From the NCBI GenBank assembly GCA_035286125.1, contig JAYKIS010000053.1:11210-75209 (forward strand): a stretch of DNA of 64,000 bases, written 5' to 3'. The stretch comes from Candidatus Sericytochromatia bacterium (lineage in GTDB: Bacteria > Cyanobacteriota > Sericytochromatia > S15B-MN24 > VGJW01). Every line of letters starts with the position of its first letter. Position 1 is the stretch's first letter. Shown piece by piece: positions 44,741-54,160 of the stretch. A program made the translations under genes and the position numbers. The notes under the pieces are model-generated. The model saw only the letters and a list, made by a program, of their open reading frames with translations, searched no databases and had not been told where the DNA came from.

Positions 44741-45697
44741 CTAGAGGCGCGCGAGGCCCCTGAGGACAGCGCGCGCCTCGTCGACCATGCCGGTCAGCAC
44801 GCCTGCTGCAGCCGGCACGTCTCGGATAGCACCAACCACCTGTCCGACCTCGATTTCTCCCTCCGGCAAGGCGCCCAGGTGAATCGCCTGCCGCGGACGC
44901 CCGGTCCCCAGCAAGTCGCGCAGTTCTTCTGGCGACGCCCCGCGGGCCTCGGCGGCCCGAACCTGCTCCCAGAAGGCATTCTTGAGCAACCGCACGGGCA
45001 TGACGGACTTGAGGGCGAGTACCGTGTCGGTCTCACCGGCCTCGACGATGGCCTGCTTGTAGGCCTCATGGGCCGAGGACTCGACGGTGCATGCGAAGCG
45101 AGTTCCCACCTGGACGCCCGACGCCCCGAGCGCCAGGGCCGCCGCCATCGTCCGACCGTCGACGATGCCCCCTGCCGCCACGACAGGCACCGAGACCGCC
45201 CGGACGACCTGGGGCACCAGCACCATCGTCGTCAACTCATCGGGACCGTTGTGGCCGCCGGCTTCGAAACCCTCGGCCACGACGGCATCGACGCCTAGCG
45301 CCTCGCACTTGGCGGCCTGCCGGGCTGTCGCCACGACGTGGAGGACCGTGGCGCCGGCCTCCTTGAGCACGGGTGTCCACGTCGCGGGGTTGCCCGCCGA
45401 CGTGATGAAGATGCGACACCCCTCGCGCAAGGCCAAGGGGACAATCTCGGGAACATGGCGGTAAAAGACCGGCAGGTTGACGGCCCACGGCTTGTCCGTA
45501 CGGGCACGCAGCTTGCGGACCTGGTCCAGGAAGACATCCGGGCGCATGCTGCCGGCCCCGAGCGTGCCCAGACCACCGGCCTCGCTGACGGCAGCCGCCA
45601 ATCGGGCACCTGAGACCCAGATCATGCCTGCCTGGATCACCGGATAGCGAATCCCGAGCAGTCGGGTCAGGGGTGTATCCATCGTCGGCATCGTCAT
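44741..45697 (-). CDS. nitronate monooxygenase / FabK-like FMN-dependent oxidoreductase (NMO family)
   Basis: 318 aa. LLGIRYPVIQAGMIWVSGARLAAAVSEAGGLGTLGAG and AAGGIVDGRTMAAALALGASGVQVGT. Confidence 0.8.
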   Translation of the reverse strand: MTMPTMDTPLTRLLGIRYPVIQAGMIWVSGARLAAAVSEAGGLGTLGAGSMRPDVFLDQVRKLRARTDKPWAVNLPVFYRHVPEIVPLALREGCRIFITSAGNPATWTPVLKEAGATVLHVVATARQAAKCEALGVDAVVAEGFEAGGHNGPDELTTMVLVPQVVRAVSVPVVAAGGIVDGRTMAAALALGASGVQVGTRFACTVESSAHEAYKQAIVEAGETDTVLALKSVMPVRLLKNAFWEQVRAAEARGASPEELRDLLGTGRPRQAIHLGALPEGEIEVGQVVGAIRDVPAAAGVLTGMVDEARAVLRGLARL

Positions 45698-47280
45698 CTG
45701 GGCCCATCCTTCCTGCCCCAGGCACGCCGGAGCGCCTCACGGTCAAGCGCACCGAGCGAGGTCCGGGGCAGGCCCTCGACGAGATGCCACGAAAGCCCCT
45801 CGTCGTCCGCCTCCGGATCGCCCAGCAGGTCCAGCAACACGCGACCGACCCCCGGATGGGGCCTGCCCGTCCGCAGGACTTCCGCACCCTCTGCCCACCA
45901 CGGCGCCACCGGCACCCACCCCGGTGCCTCGAGCACCATCCCGATACCCGGAAGCCGAACGGCCGCCGTCAAGCCCAGGACGTCCGCCAGCAGGCTCTCC
46001 CAGTCCCGCCCCGGCCAGACGGGGTCCTCCGACGGTCCCTCCGGCAAGACCCGCAAAACATGCTGACCCTCCAGCTCGGCACGCACACCCGCACGGACCC
46101 AGCCAGCGAAGCGCAGGGCCGCCGTCCCCTCGGAATCCCGGACCCGTCCCCGAATGGCGGCCTGGCCCGCAAGCAGCAGCTCGCCCGAATCGGTGACATC
46201 GAGGCGCAGGCCATCCAATGCGGCCCCCACGCCCTCCTCACCCGGGACATGGGGACGCCCGCAAGCGAGGAGGCCCGCCACCCTGCGACACGCCAGGCCC
46301 TCGAGCAGGGCCACGCCCACCGCACGGCAGTAGCGTCGCGTCAGAACCCGCGGTCGATCGCCCACGGCCACGGCCAACCTGAGTGCGGGCCCCAGGTGCG
46401 TGCGCAAGTCATCCAGCAGCCAGCGACGGGCGAGGCCCAACATCCGGGCGTCTCCCGCGGTCGTCGGCAAGGCGCGATCCTGGCGCTCCGTGGCAGCGAC
46501 ACCCTGAGCCAGCGCCCAGCGCGACATGGCATGGGAAAGTCTGCCTCGCCCCCTGATCCGCTCGTGGATACGGGCCACCCTGCGATCCAGGAGGCACGCC
46601 GGCGCGACCCACACCGTCGCGAGGTCCTCTGCTGGCGTGCGCCCCCCCGGGTGCCGTGGCGGCAGCACCAGGGAGGCCTCGGAGACGGCGAAGGCCAGCA
46701 TCACCCCCCACGTGACGGGATGGTCCGGCGTCGTTCCCACGAGGATCCGATCCGAAGGCGTCACGAAGGCCAGGCGGGAGAAGGCGCGCGCCGCCCGAAC
46801 GAGGCCACCGTGGCTGAAGGCATCCCCACGTTGGCCGCGATGGCCCCGCGGAAACAGGATCAAGGCCGTCTCCTCGGGCGTCGTTCCGGCCTCGCGGCGG
46901 GCCAGTTCCTCCTCTTGGCCGGCGTCGGGCAATTCACCCGCAAGGCAACCGGCCGGGTCCTCACCGTCGGGTCCAAAGTGCACCCGAGCTTCCAGCAAGG
47001 CGCAGGCTGCCGGCGCATCCTCGGGCTCCTCGACCCAGGCGACGCGGCCACCAACCAGCCAGACCCCCCACGCGGCAAACCACGCCGCCGGATGGACCGG
47101 CCCCGAGAAGACCGCGACATCCCCAGGCAGGAAGGACCGCTCGAGCAGGCGTGAGGCGACCCTTTGGGCCGCCTCGGTCATTTCGGGCCAGGACCAGGCC
47201 CGCACGACTTCTCCCTCGGTCGCAAGCAGGACCCTCCGGCTGCGTCCCGAACGGCAAAGATATGGCAGATGGTCGCTCAT
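45694..47280 (-). CDS. adenylate-forming enzyme-like protein (acyl-CoA synthetase fold, degenerate core motif)
   Basis: Lies in ORF 45694..47544. The likely start is ATG 47280 (MSDHLPYL), with an alternative at 47307. The overall layout resembles AMP-binding enzymes, but the (T/S)SGTTGxPKG position reads FPRGHRGQRGD. 4-nt overlap with the NMO gene. Confidence 0.45.
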   Translation of the reverse strand: MSDHLPYLCRSGRSRRVLLATEGEVVRAWSWPEMTEAAQRVASRLLERSFLPGDVAVFSGPVHPAAWFAAWGVWLVGGRVAWVEEPEDAPAACALLEARVHFGPDGEDPAGCLAGELPDAGQEEELARREAGTTPEETALILFPRGHRGQRGDAFSHGGLVRAARAFSRLAFVTPSDRILVGTTPDHPVTWGVMLAFAVSEASLVLPPRHPGGRTPAEDLATVWVAPACLLDRRVARIHERIRGRGRLSHAMSRWALAQGVAATERQDRALPTTAGDARMLGLARRWLLDDLRTHLGPALRLAVAVGDRPRVLTRRYCRAVGVALLEGLACRRVAGLLACGRPHVPGEEGVGAALDGLRLDVTDSGELLLAGQAAIRGRVRDSEGTAALRFAGWVRAGVRAELEGQHVLRVLPEGPSEDPVWPGRDWESLLADVLGLTAAVRLPGIGMVLEAPGWVPVAPWWAEGAEVLRTGRPHPGVGRVLLDLLGDPEADDEGLSWHLVEGLPRTSLGALDREALRRAWGRKDGPR

Positions 47281-47313
47281 GCAGGCGCTTGGGCTTTCGT
47301 CTATCATCTTCGC

Positions 47314-49293
47314 ATGTCCTCGCCATCGGCCAACCTCGACCTCCGGGGCACGCGGCCCATGGCGCGAACCCTCTGGATAGATGCAGAGACCGGCCCGGTG
47401 GATCCCGACTGGGGCGCCGACCTGCCGATCCGGCGCTATGCCGGGCTGCAGGGCCTGCTGGGCGCGATGGCCACAGGCGGCATTCTCGTGGTTCCGGCCG
47501 CGATGATGGCCACGGCCGATGTTCGTGCCCGGCTGGAACGGCATGTCTCTGGCGGGGGGCTGCTCATCGGCAGCGGGCCCACGCCCGCTCCACCGCCCGG
47601 GTTACTGCCCGAGCGCGCCTTCTGGGGCTGGTTGCCGGACGGGATCGGACCAGCCCAGTGGCGCATCGTGCTGCGGTCGGCGTTGGCGCAGGACCAGCTG
47701 CAGCAGGAACGGACGTCGGCCCTGGACGCCCGCGAACGCTTCGGGTCCCAACTCGAGGAAGTCCACCGCATCGGCATCGCCCTGACAACGGAAAGGGACC
47801 CCGAGGCCCTGCTGGCCCTGATCCTGCGCAAGTGCCGCGAAGTGACGACGGCCGACGCGGGCTCCCTCTACCTTGTCGAACCGGACGGCGAAGGTGGCCG
47901 CCGGCTGCGCTTCAAGCTGTCGCAGAACGACTCCATGACCGTCGACTACGAGGAGTTCACGGTCCCCATCGGCAAGGGCTCCATCGCGGGTAACGTGGCC
48001 CTGACGGGCTCCCACCTTGTCATCGAGGACGTGGCGCACCTGCCCCCGGGGTCCGACTATGCCTTCGACGGGGCCTGGGACCTGAAGACCGGGTATACGA
48101 CCCGCTCGATGCTGGTCGTGCCCATGCGCGACCGCGGCGGGGCGATCGTGGGGGTGGTCCAGCTCATCAACCGCAAGCGTCATGCCGAGGCCGTCCTCGC
48201 CAGCCCCGAGCACGTGAAGCGCTTCGTATGCGCCTTCGACGAAGGCAGCGTGACCTTCGCCTCCTCGTTGGCCTCGCAGGCCGGTGTCGCCCTCGAGAAC
48301 GCGCGATTGGTCCGCAATATCGAGGAACTGTTCGAGGGTTTCGTGCAGGCCTCGGTCACGGCGATCGAGTCCCGCGACCCGACAACTTCCGGCCACAGCG
48401 CCCGGGTCGCAACCCTGACTGTCAACCTCGCCCGCACGATCGACGCCACCCCCGGTGGCCCGTGGGGACCGGCCAGGTTCTCGCTGATCCAGCTTCGTGA
48501 ACTGCGCTACGCCTCGCTCCTGCACGACTTCGGCAAGGTCGGCGTCCGCGAGGAGGTCCTCGTCAAGGCCAAGAAGCTCTACCCGTGGCATCTGGACCAG
48601 GTGCGCGAACGCCTCGCCGCGATGCGCCAGGCCACGCGACTGCGGGACGCGCGGACCCGCCTCGCCATCGTTTTGGACCAAGGGGTCGATGCCTATGCGC
48701 AGTGCTGTGAGACGCTTGATCGCGAGGCCGCAGAGACCGAGGCCGAGATCGACCGCTGGCTCGCGCTGATCCTCGCGGCCAACGAGCCCACGGTTCTGGA
48801 AGACGGCAACTTCGACCTCCTCCAGGGCCTCGGGAGCCAGACCTGGATCGATGGCGACGGCCTGGCGCGCCCTGTCCTCGAACCCGGCGAGGTACGCCTG
48901 CTCTCCATCCGGCGTGGCAGCCTCGACGCCGAGGAACGGCAGGAAATCGAGCGCCATGTGGTCCACACCCAGCGCTTCCTTGCCCAGATCCCCTGGACGC
49001 CGGATCTGTCGGGCATCCCGCTCATTGCCGGCGCCCACCACGAACGCATGAATGGCTCGGGCTACCCGCTGGGACTCAGCGGCGAGACCATTCCGGTCCA
49101 ATCCCGGATGATGGCCATCGCGGACATCCATGATGCCCTGACGGCTGCCGACAGGCCCTACAAGAAGGCCGTGCCCCTCGACAAGGCCCTGGACATCCTC
49201 CACGACGAGGCGAGGCGAGGCCATCTGGACCAGAGCCTGCTCGACATCTTCGTGGCGGCCCGCGTCTGGGCCATGCCCGATCCCCAGATTTAA
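47314..49293 (+). CDS. GAF plus HD-GYP domain protein (putative c-di-GMP phosphodiesterase)
   Basis: Lies in ORF 47164..49293. The start is ATG 47314, with an alternative at 47359. GAF-like region (TTADAGSLYLVEPD...VVPMRDRGGAIVGVVQLINR). HD-GYP motifs are HSARV, LLHDFGKV and HHERMNGSGYPLGL. Confidence 0.8.
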   Translation: MSSPSANLDLRGTRPMARTLWIDAETGPVDPDWGADLPIRRYAGLQGLLGAMATGGILVVPAAMMATADVRARLERHVSGGGLLIGSGPTPAPPPGLLPERAFWGWLPDGIGPAQWRIVLRSALAQDQLQQERTSALDARERFGSQLEEVHRIGIALTTERDPEALLALILRKCREVTTADAGSLYLVEPDGEGGRRLRFKLSQNDSMTVDYEEFTVPIGKGSIAGNVALTGSHLVIEDVAHLPPGSDYAFDGAWDLKTGYTTRSMLVVPMRDRGGAIVGVVQLINRKRHAEAVLASPEHVKRFVCAFDEGSVTFASSLASQAGVALENARLVRNIEELFEGFVQASVTAIESRDPTTSGHSARVATLTVNLARTIDATPGGPWGPARFSLIQLRELRYASLLHDFGKVGVREEVLVKAKKLYPWHLDQVRERLAAMRQATRLRDARTRLAIVLDQGVDAYAQCCETLDREAAETEAEIDRWLALILAANEPTVLEDGNFDLLQGLGSQTWIDGDGLARPVLEPGEVRLLSIRRGSLDAEERQEIERHVVHTQRFLAQIPWTPDLSGIPLIAGAHHERMNGSGYPLGLSGETIPVQSRMMAIADIHDALTAADRPYKKAVPLDKALDILHDEARRGHLDQSLLDIFVAARVWAMPDPQI

Positions 49294-49359
49294 CCGAAGA
49301 TTCAAGGGGGCTTGGCCCCGATCGGGAAAGCGCGGGCCTGCCCCTCAGGACAATCCGGC

Positions 49360-50553
49360 ATGCCCCCCGTGATTCGCCCTGCCGGTACACCTCCGCGGCC
49401 CGCTGCCGGCCGCCCCTCGGCCGCACGCGCCACAGCGTCTGCCCAAGGCGTCGCAACGCCCGTGTTGCGTGCTGCCGATGCACCGAAGGCCTCGGACTGG
49501 CCCGATGCGAACGACGTCGGCGACAAGCTGCGTGATTTCGGCCAGAAGGCTATCCACCTGCTGCGTTGGCCTACGGGCGCGCCCGTGAAGGGCACGGCGG
49601 ATCGTCGCATCCTCGAGGATCCCCCGGCAGCCAACGAATGGACCAAGCGAGCCATGGATGCCGCGGCCGCCGCGCTGGCCACCGACACGCCGCGGGCCGA
49701 AACGGCCCTCGCACGGCTGCCGGAAGCGGACCGCAACCGTTACCGTGCCGTCCTGAAGGCGCTGGATCCGTGGGCTGGCCGTTCGCTCCAGCTTATGCTG
49801 CTCAGGGGCGATCTCCCCGGCGCACCGGCCCTGCGGGGTGGCCAGACGACCCTGGGCCTGCTCCACGCTGCCCTCGGGCAACCGCTCGTACCCGGCCTCG
49901 ATCGCCGCCAATTCCTGAACGAGGTCGTGGTCGAGCTGGAACAACCCATCCGGGTCGAGCAACGCGAAAAGGGCACTTGTGTCGCGACCACCGCCCAGAT
50001 CCTGCTGATGCGCCAACACCCGGCGGAGTTCGTCCGCCTTGCACTGGGCCTGGCGACACCTGCCGGCAAGGTCTTACTGGCAGGTGGGCGCACCGCCGCA
50101 CGCGAACCGGACTGGCAAGCCACGAACGACGGCCTGCGCACCACGGTGGCGCGGCTGGTCCAGCCCGCCTTCATGGAGGTCGCCTCCCCCCTGGGTTACG
50201 ACAACACCCGGGACAAGGCCCTCCTGGGTCCGCTCCCCCTTCCGGGCGGCCTGACCTCGTGGGCGAGCGCCAGCCTGAATGCGCAGCTGCAAGGCGAGCC
50301 TTGGCGATCACGTATGGCCACGCGATGGAACCGCGAGGAGTTGGTCGACGAGGTGAAGCGGTTGATCCGTCAGGGCCAGGGCCCCGTGCCCGCCAGTGTG
50401 GTGTGGGAAAGCGGGGGTGGTCACCAGATCCAGATCGAGGCCATCGCCGATGGCGGCGTGACTTACCTCAACCCCTGGGGCCAGCGCGAGCAGATGAGCG
50501 AATCGGCCTTCCGCACCGACATGCTGGCCATCGAGCATCCCCGCAGCCGCTAG
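49360..50553 (+). CDS. hypothetical protein with papain-like (clan CA) cysteine peptidase signature
   Basis: Lies in ORF 49312..50553; the probable start is ATG 49360. QREKGTC places Gln 6 residues before Cys. GGGHQIQIEAIADGGVTYLNPWG places Asn 16 residues after His, followed by xWG. Cys and His are 148 residues apart by my count. No signal peptide was seen. Confidence 0.45.
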   Translation: MPPVIRPAGTPPRPAAGRPSAARATASAQGVATPVLRAADAPKASDWPDANDVGDKLRDFGQKAIHLLRWPTGAPVKGTADRRILEDPPAANEWTKRAMDAAAAALATDTPRAETALARLPEADRNRYRAVLKALDPWAGRSLQLMLLRGDLPGAPALRGGQTTLGLLHAALGQPLVPGLDRRQFLNEVVVELEQPIRVEQREKGTCVATTAQILLMRQHPAEFVRLALGLATPAGKVLLAGGRTAAREPDWQATNDGLRTTVARLVQPAFMEVASPLGYDNTRDKALLGPLPLPGGLTSWASASLNAQLQGEPWRSRMATRWNREELVDEVKRLIRQGQGPVPASVVWESGGGHQIQIEAIADGGVTYLNPWGQREQMSESAFRTDMLAIEHPRSR

Positions 50554-50580
50554 CACCCGCTGACGGGTTATGATGCGGGC

Positions 50581-53133
50581 ATGGCAGACGTCGTCGTCGT
50601 CCCGCATACCCACTGGGACCGTGAGTGGTACCGGACCTTCCAGGGCTATCGCCTGAGGCTGGTCGACGCAGTGCACCGCGTCCTCGACCTGCTCGAGTCG
50701 GGCCAGTTGCCCCACTTCCTGCTGGACGGCCAGACCGTCCTGCTGGATGACCACCTCGAGATCCATCCTGAGGACGAGGCTCGGCTGCGGGCCCAGATCG
50801 TGGCCGGCCGCCTGACGATCGGCCCGTGGTACATCCTGCCGGATGAGTTCCTCGTCTCGGGCGAGGCCCTTGTCCGCAACCTGATGTTCGGTCGTGCCCG
50901 GATGCGGCAATTCGGTGCCCAGGGAACCGGGGTCGGCTACCTGCCCGACCAGTTCGGACACCCCGCGCAGTTGCCGCTCGTCCTCCGCGGCTTCGGGATG
51001 GACAGGGCCCTGATGTGGCGGGGGGTCGACCCACCGGATGACCACTTCTGGTGGCGGGACCTGTCCGGGGAGGGCATGGCCTCGATGTTCCTGCCCACGG
51101 GCTATTGCAATGTGCACCTGTGGTCCGACAGCCCTGCCGCAGTCCTCGCCGAGGCCCATGACAAGTTCCTTGCCGCGCAGTCCCGGCTGGATCGCCCCCT
51201 CTTGCTGCTGTCGGGCTGCGACCACCTTGCGCCTTCGGGCGCCCTGCCGGCCCGCGTGGCTTCCGTCGGGGCCCGACTGGGCTTGCTCGAGGAAGCACTG
51301 CCCCCGCCCGGACGCGGCGAACTGCCTGTGGTCCACGGCGAGTTGCGGCATCAGGGCAGGGCCTACCTGTTGCCCGATGTGGCCAGCACCCGGACCTACC
51401 TGAAGCAGGCGAATGCAGCCCTCGAGGACCAGTGGGAGCGGACGGTCGAACCCCTCCTGGCCCTCACGGCGCGCGGAGGCCACGCCCTCGCCCCCGGCTT
51501 CTGGGCCGAGGGCTGGGAGCTCATCCTCAAGAATCATCCCCACGACAGCATTTGCGGTTGCTCCGTCGATGCCGTGCATCGCGAGATGGAAGCCCGGACG
51601 AGCCAGGCTCGCGGTCTGGGCGAGGAGCTGACGTCACGGGTCCTTCGGACCTTCGCACCTGCCGAGGCTGCACCGGGCTTGATGGTCCATGACCCCGCCG
51701 GAGCACCCGAGGCCGGCTGGCATCGGCTCGAGGTCCTGTGGCCGTCGGCGATCGCAGACGCGCCCGAGACCCTCCACCTCGAAGGGGTACCGACACTGCC
51801 GCTCTCGCGGTCGGCCGACCGACACTTCATCTGCGACATCGATGTCCATCCCGACACCGTCGATGTCACGCGCTTCGCCCTCATGGCGCACCTGCCGGCC
51901 CTGCCCATCGGCCAGCCGGTCCATCTCCGGGCAGCCGCCGGGCCATCGCCGCTGCCTTCCCCCACCCCAGACCTGGAAACATGGGCCGAAGGCGTCGACA
52001 ACGGCCTGTTGCGGATCTGGGTAGCCGAAGGAACATGCAGGGTCCGCCACCATGGGTTGAATCTCGAGGTCGCCGACCTGATCCGATTCGTGGACGGTGG
52101 CGATGCCGGCGATACCTACACCTACTCGCCGCCGGAGCATGATCGCCTCGTCCAGGCCACGATGATCGATTACGAGGTCACGTCGATCTGCGCGGCCGAG
52201 GCCGAGATCCGGCTCGTTCATCGCATCCGCATCCCCGTGGGCGTGACGCCCGACAGGCTGGGCCGGACCGTCGCGGCCATCCAGACCGACCTGACGACGA
52301 CGGTGAGGGTCACGGCGGGCGAGGATACGCTTCGGCTCGAGACCTTCTGGGAGAACCTGAGCCATGACCACCGCCTGAGAATGATCGTCGACACCGGCGT
52401 GGATCGTGCGGAGGCCTGGTGGTCCGAAACAGCCTTCGGGGCCGTCCCTCGGATGCCCGGCAAGGGATTGGGCGCGTTGCCCGTGCCCCCCCTGGCGGAG
52501 GCCGTGCCGCCCACCTTCCCGCACCTCGGCTGGGTTGCCGTCGAAGCGCGGGAGGCCGGTGCGCAGGTCATCGCCCGCGGCCTCGCCGAAGCCGAGATCG
52601 TCGAGGGCGGGCGCTCCGTCGCGCTCACGATGATGCGGGCCGTGGGCTGGTTGTCGCGGGACGATCTGCGGACGCGTGGCGGCGGAGCGGGACCGGCCTT
52701 CCAGACGCCCGAGGCACAGTGCGAGGGGCCGGCAAGCGTTCGCATCGCCGTGCGCTGGCAGGGCAAGGCTCCGGGCGACATGGCGTGGTGGGGTGCGCTG
52801 GGCGCCATGGATCGCGCACGACGCGAGCTCGTCGTCGAACAGACGGGAGGCGTCCGGCGACCTCTGTGCCTCGGTCGGTCGCTGCCGCCCGCCCTCTTTG
52901 CCAATGCGCTGCCCGAGGGCCTCAGGCTGTCGGCGCTGAAGCCCGCGACAGAAGGCGGGGGCACGGTCATCCGCGTCCACAACCCGACGGGACGACCGGT
53001 CTCGTGGCACGGTCCCGACGAAGGATCGTGGATCGGTTGCCGTCTGGATGAGACACCCGACGAGACGGGAGCGGGCCCGTGGACCTTGCCCCCGGGCGGA
53101 GTCCGGACAGTGCGCCAGGTTCCGGGCGCATGA
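50581..53133 (+). CDS. glycoside hydrolase family 38 alpha-mannosidase-like (mannosylglycerate hydrolase type)
   Basis: 850 aa. The N-terminal VVVPHTHWDREWY and GPWYILPDEFLVSGEALVRNL motifs are typical of GH38. No signal peptide. Confidence 0.8.
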   Translation: MADVVVVPHTHWDREWYRTFQGYRLRLVDAVHRVLDLLESGQLPHFLLDGQTVLLDDHLEIHPEDEARLRAQIVAGRLTIGPWYILPDEFLVSGEALVRNLMFGRARMRQFGAQGTGVGYLPDQFGHPAQLPLVLRGFGMDRALMWRGVDPPDDHFWWRDLSGEGMASMFLPTGYCNVHLWSDSPAAVLAEAHDKFLAAQSRLDRPLLLLSGCDHLAPSGALPARVASVGARLGLLEEALPPPGRGELPVVHGELRHQGRAYLLPDVASTRTYLKQANAALEDQWERTVEPLLALTARGGHALAPGFWAEGWELILKNHPHDSICGCSVDAVHREMEARTSQARGLGEELTSRVLRTFAPAEAAPGLMVHDPAGAPEAGWHRLEVLWPSAIADAPETLHLEGVPTLPLSRSADRHFICDIDVHPDTVDVTRFALMAHLPALPIGQPVHLRAAAGPSPLPSPTPDLETWAEGVDNGLLRIWVAEGTCRVRHHGLNLEVADLIRFVDGGDAGDTYTYSPPEHDRLVQATMIDYEVTSICAAEAEIRLVHRIRIPVGVTPDRLGRTVAAIQTDLTTTVRVTAGEDTLRLETFWENLSHDHRLRMIVDTGVDRAEAWWSETAFGAVPRMPGKGLGALPVPPLAEAVPPTFPHLGWVAVEAREAGAQVIARGLAEAEIVEGGRSVALTMMRAVGWLSRDDLRTRGGGAGPAFQTPEAQCEGPASVRIAVRWQGKAPGDMAWWGALGAMDRARRELVVEQTGGVRRPLCLGRSLPPALFANALPEGLRLSALKPATEGGGTVIRVHNPTGRPVSWHGPDEGSWIGCRLDETPDETGAGPWTLPPGGVRTVRQVPGA

Positions 53134-54155
53134 ACGCCGGCTGGCGCGAGACCCTGGGGCCTGAGCGGGCCGTGCGGGTGCACCGCCTGCTCGAGCGGAT
53201 CGCGGCCGAGGCCGATCCGTTCCGGCCCCTGATCGCCGAGCGGATGAAGGCGTTGCAGGGCTGGCAGGAACAGCTGGCCCCCCTGGCGTTGTCGGAAATG
53301 CCCGAGACTGCGCTGCCCTTGGGCATCGGCCTCACGGAGGCCTGCCTGATCCTTGCCGACCCTTCCGTCCATCGGGCCGCACGCGCCGTGAAGGGGGCCA
53401 AGGCCCTGGCCGATGCCCTGGACCGACGCGAGCGCGACACCGCGGTGGCCCTGGCCGGCCCCCTCGAGCAAGATGCCGAGGGCCTGCTCGACGAGTTGCG
53501 TGGCCGCATTGCCCAGCTGGCCCTGCACATTCGCGAAGGACTCGATCTGGCCAAATCCCATCGCTTCGCAGCGTGCCACGCCCAGATGGCTCCGATTGTC
53601 GCCGACATCGCCATCCTGACGCACGTCAAGTCGGGACGCATCCCCGAACCCGAGCGCCCTGCGCTGGACCAGAGCCTGCCCGAATGCTGCGAGGCCATCG
53701 GACGGCGTCTCTTCGAGGAGGAGGACCCCGAGGCGGCGCTGGTCCAGGCGCGCGCGGCCTTCGTCCTGTCCGGTGCGCTGGCGCACGGTACCACCGGACA
53801 GGCCGTGCGCTGGATCGCTCGGGTGAGGCGGACGCGCGGCGCGATGGCCTCGGGTGAGACGAACCTGGATACGGGCCTCGCTTCGCTTTTCGTCGGGCAC
53901 GAGGACATCGTCGCGGCCCTGTCGATGCTTGCTGCCGACCCGAGCCGACTGGCGGCTCCTCTGCTGACGGCCATCCGCGGGCAGGACTGGCCGGCCGCCG
54001 CGACTGCCGGCCGCAAACTGATGGTCGCCTGCGGCGTGCTGAACTTACCCCTGGTCGAGCGGGCCGCAAGTCTGGGCGTGGTTCGGGAAGCGCTGGCCGA
54101 GGCCGTTGCCGAGGGCGACAAGGCCACGGCGATGGCCCTGCTGGAGGGCGTCTGA
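53130..54155 (+). CDS. hypothetical all-helical protein
   Basis: Lies in ORF 53079..54155. The ATG at 53130 overlaps the GH38 stop (ATGA). Ala/Leu/Arg-rich with no recognisable motif. Confidence 0.5.
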   Translation: MNAGWRETLGPERAVRVHRLLERIAAEADPFRPLIAERMKALQGWQEQLAPLALSEMPETALPLGIGLTEACLILADPSVHRAARAVKGAKALADALDRRERDTAVALAGPLEQDAEGLLDELRGRIAQLALHIREGLDLAKSHRFAACHAQMAPIVADIAILTHVKSGRIPEPERPALDQSLPECCEAIGRRLFEEEDPEAALVQARAAFVLSGALAHGTTGQAVRWIARVRRTRGAMASGETNLDTGLASLFVGHEDIVAALSMLAADPSRLAAPLLTAIRGQDWPAAATAGRKLMVACGVLNLPLVERAASLGVVREALAEAVAEGDKATAMALLEGV

Positions 54156-54160
54156 CAAGG

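Noticed and set aside
53130-54155. Possible Hpt (histidine phosphotransfer) domain at the C-terminus of the helical hypothetical protein (..GRKLMVACGVLNLPLVERAASLG..)
   Set aside because: The segment resembles the HxxKG helix context only superficially, and the phospho-accepting His is absent.
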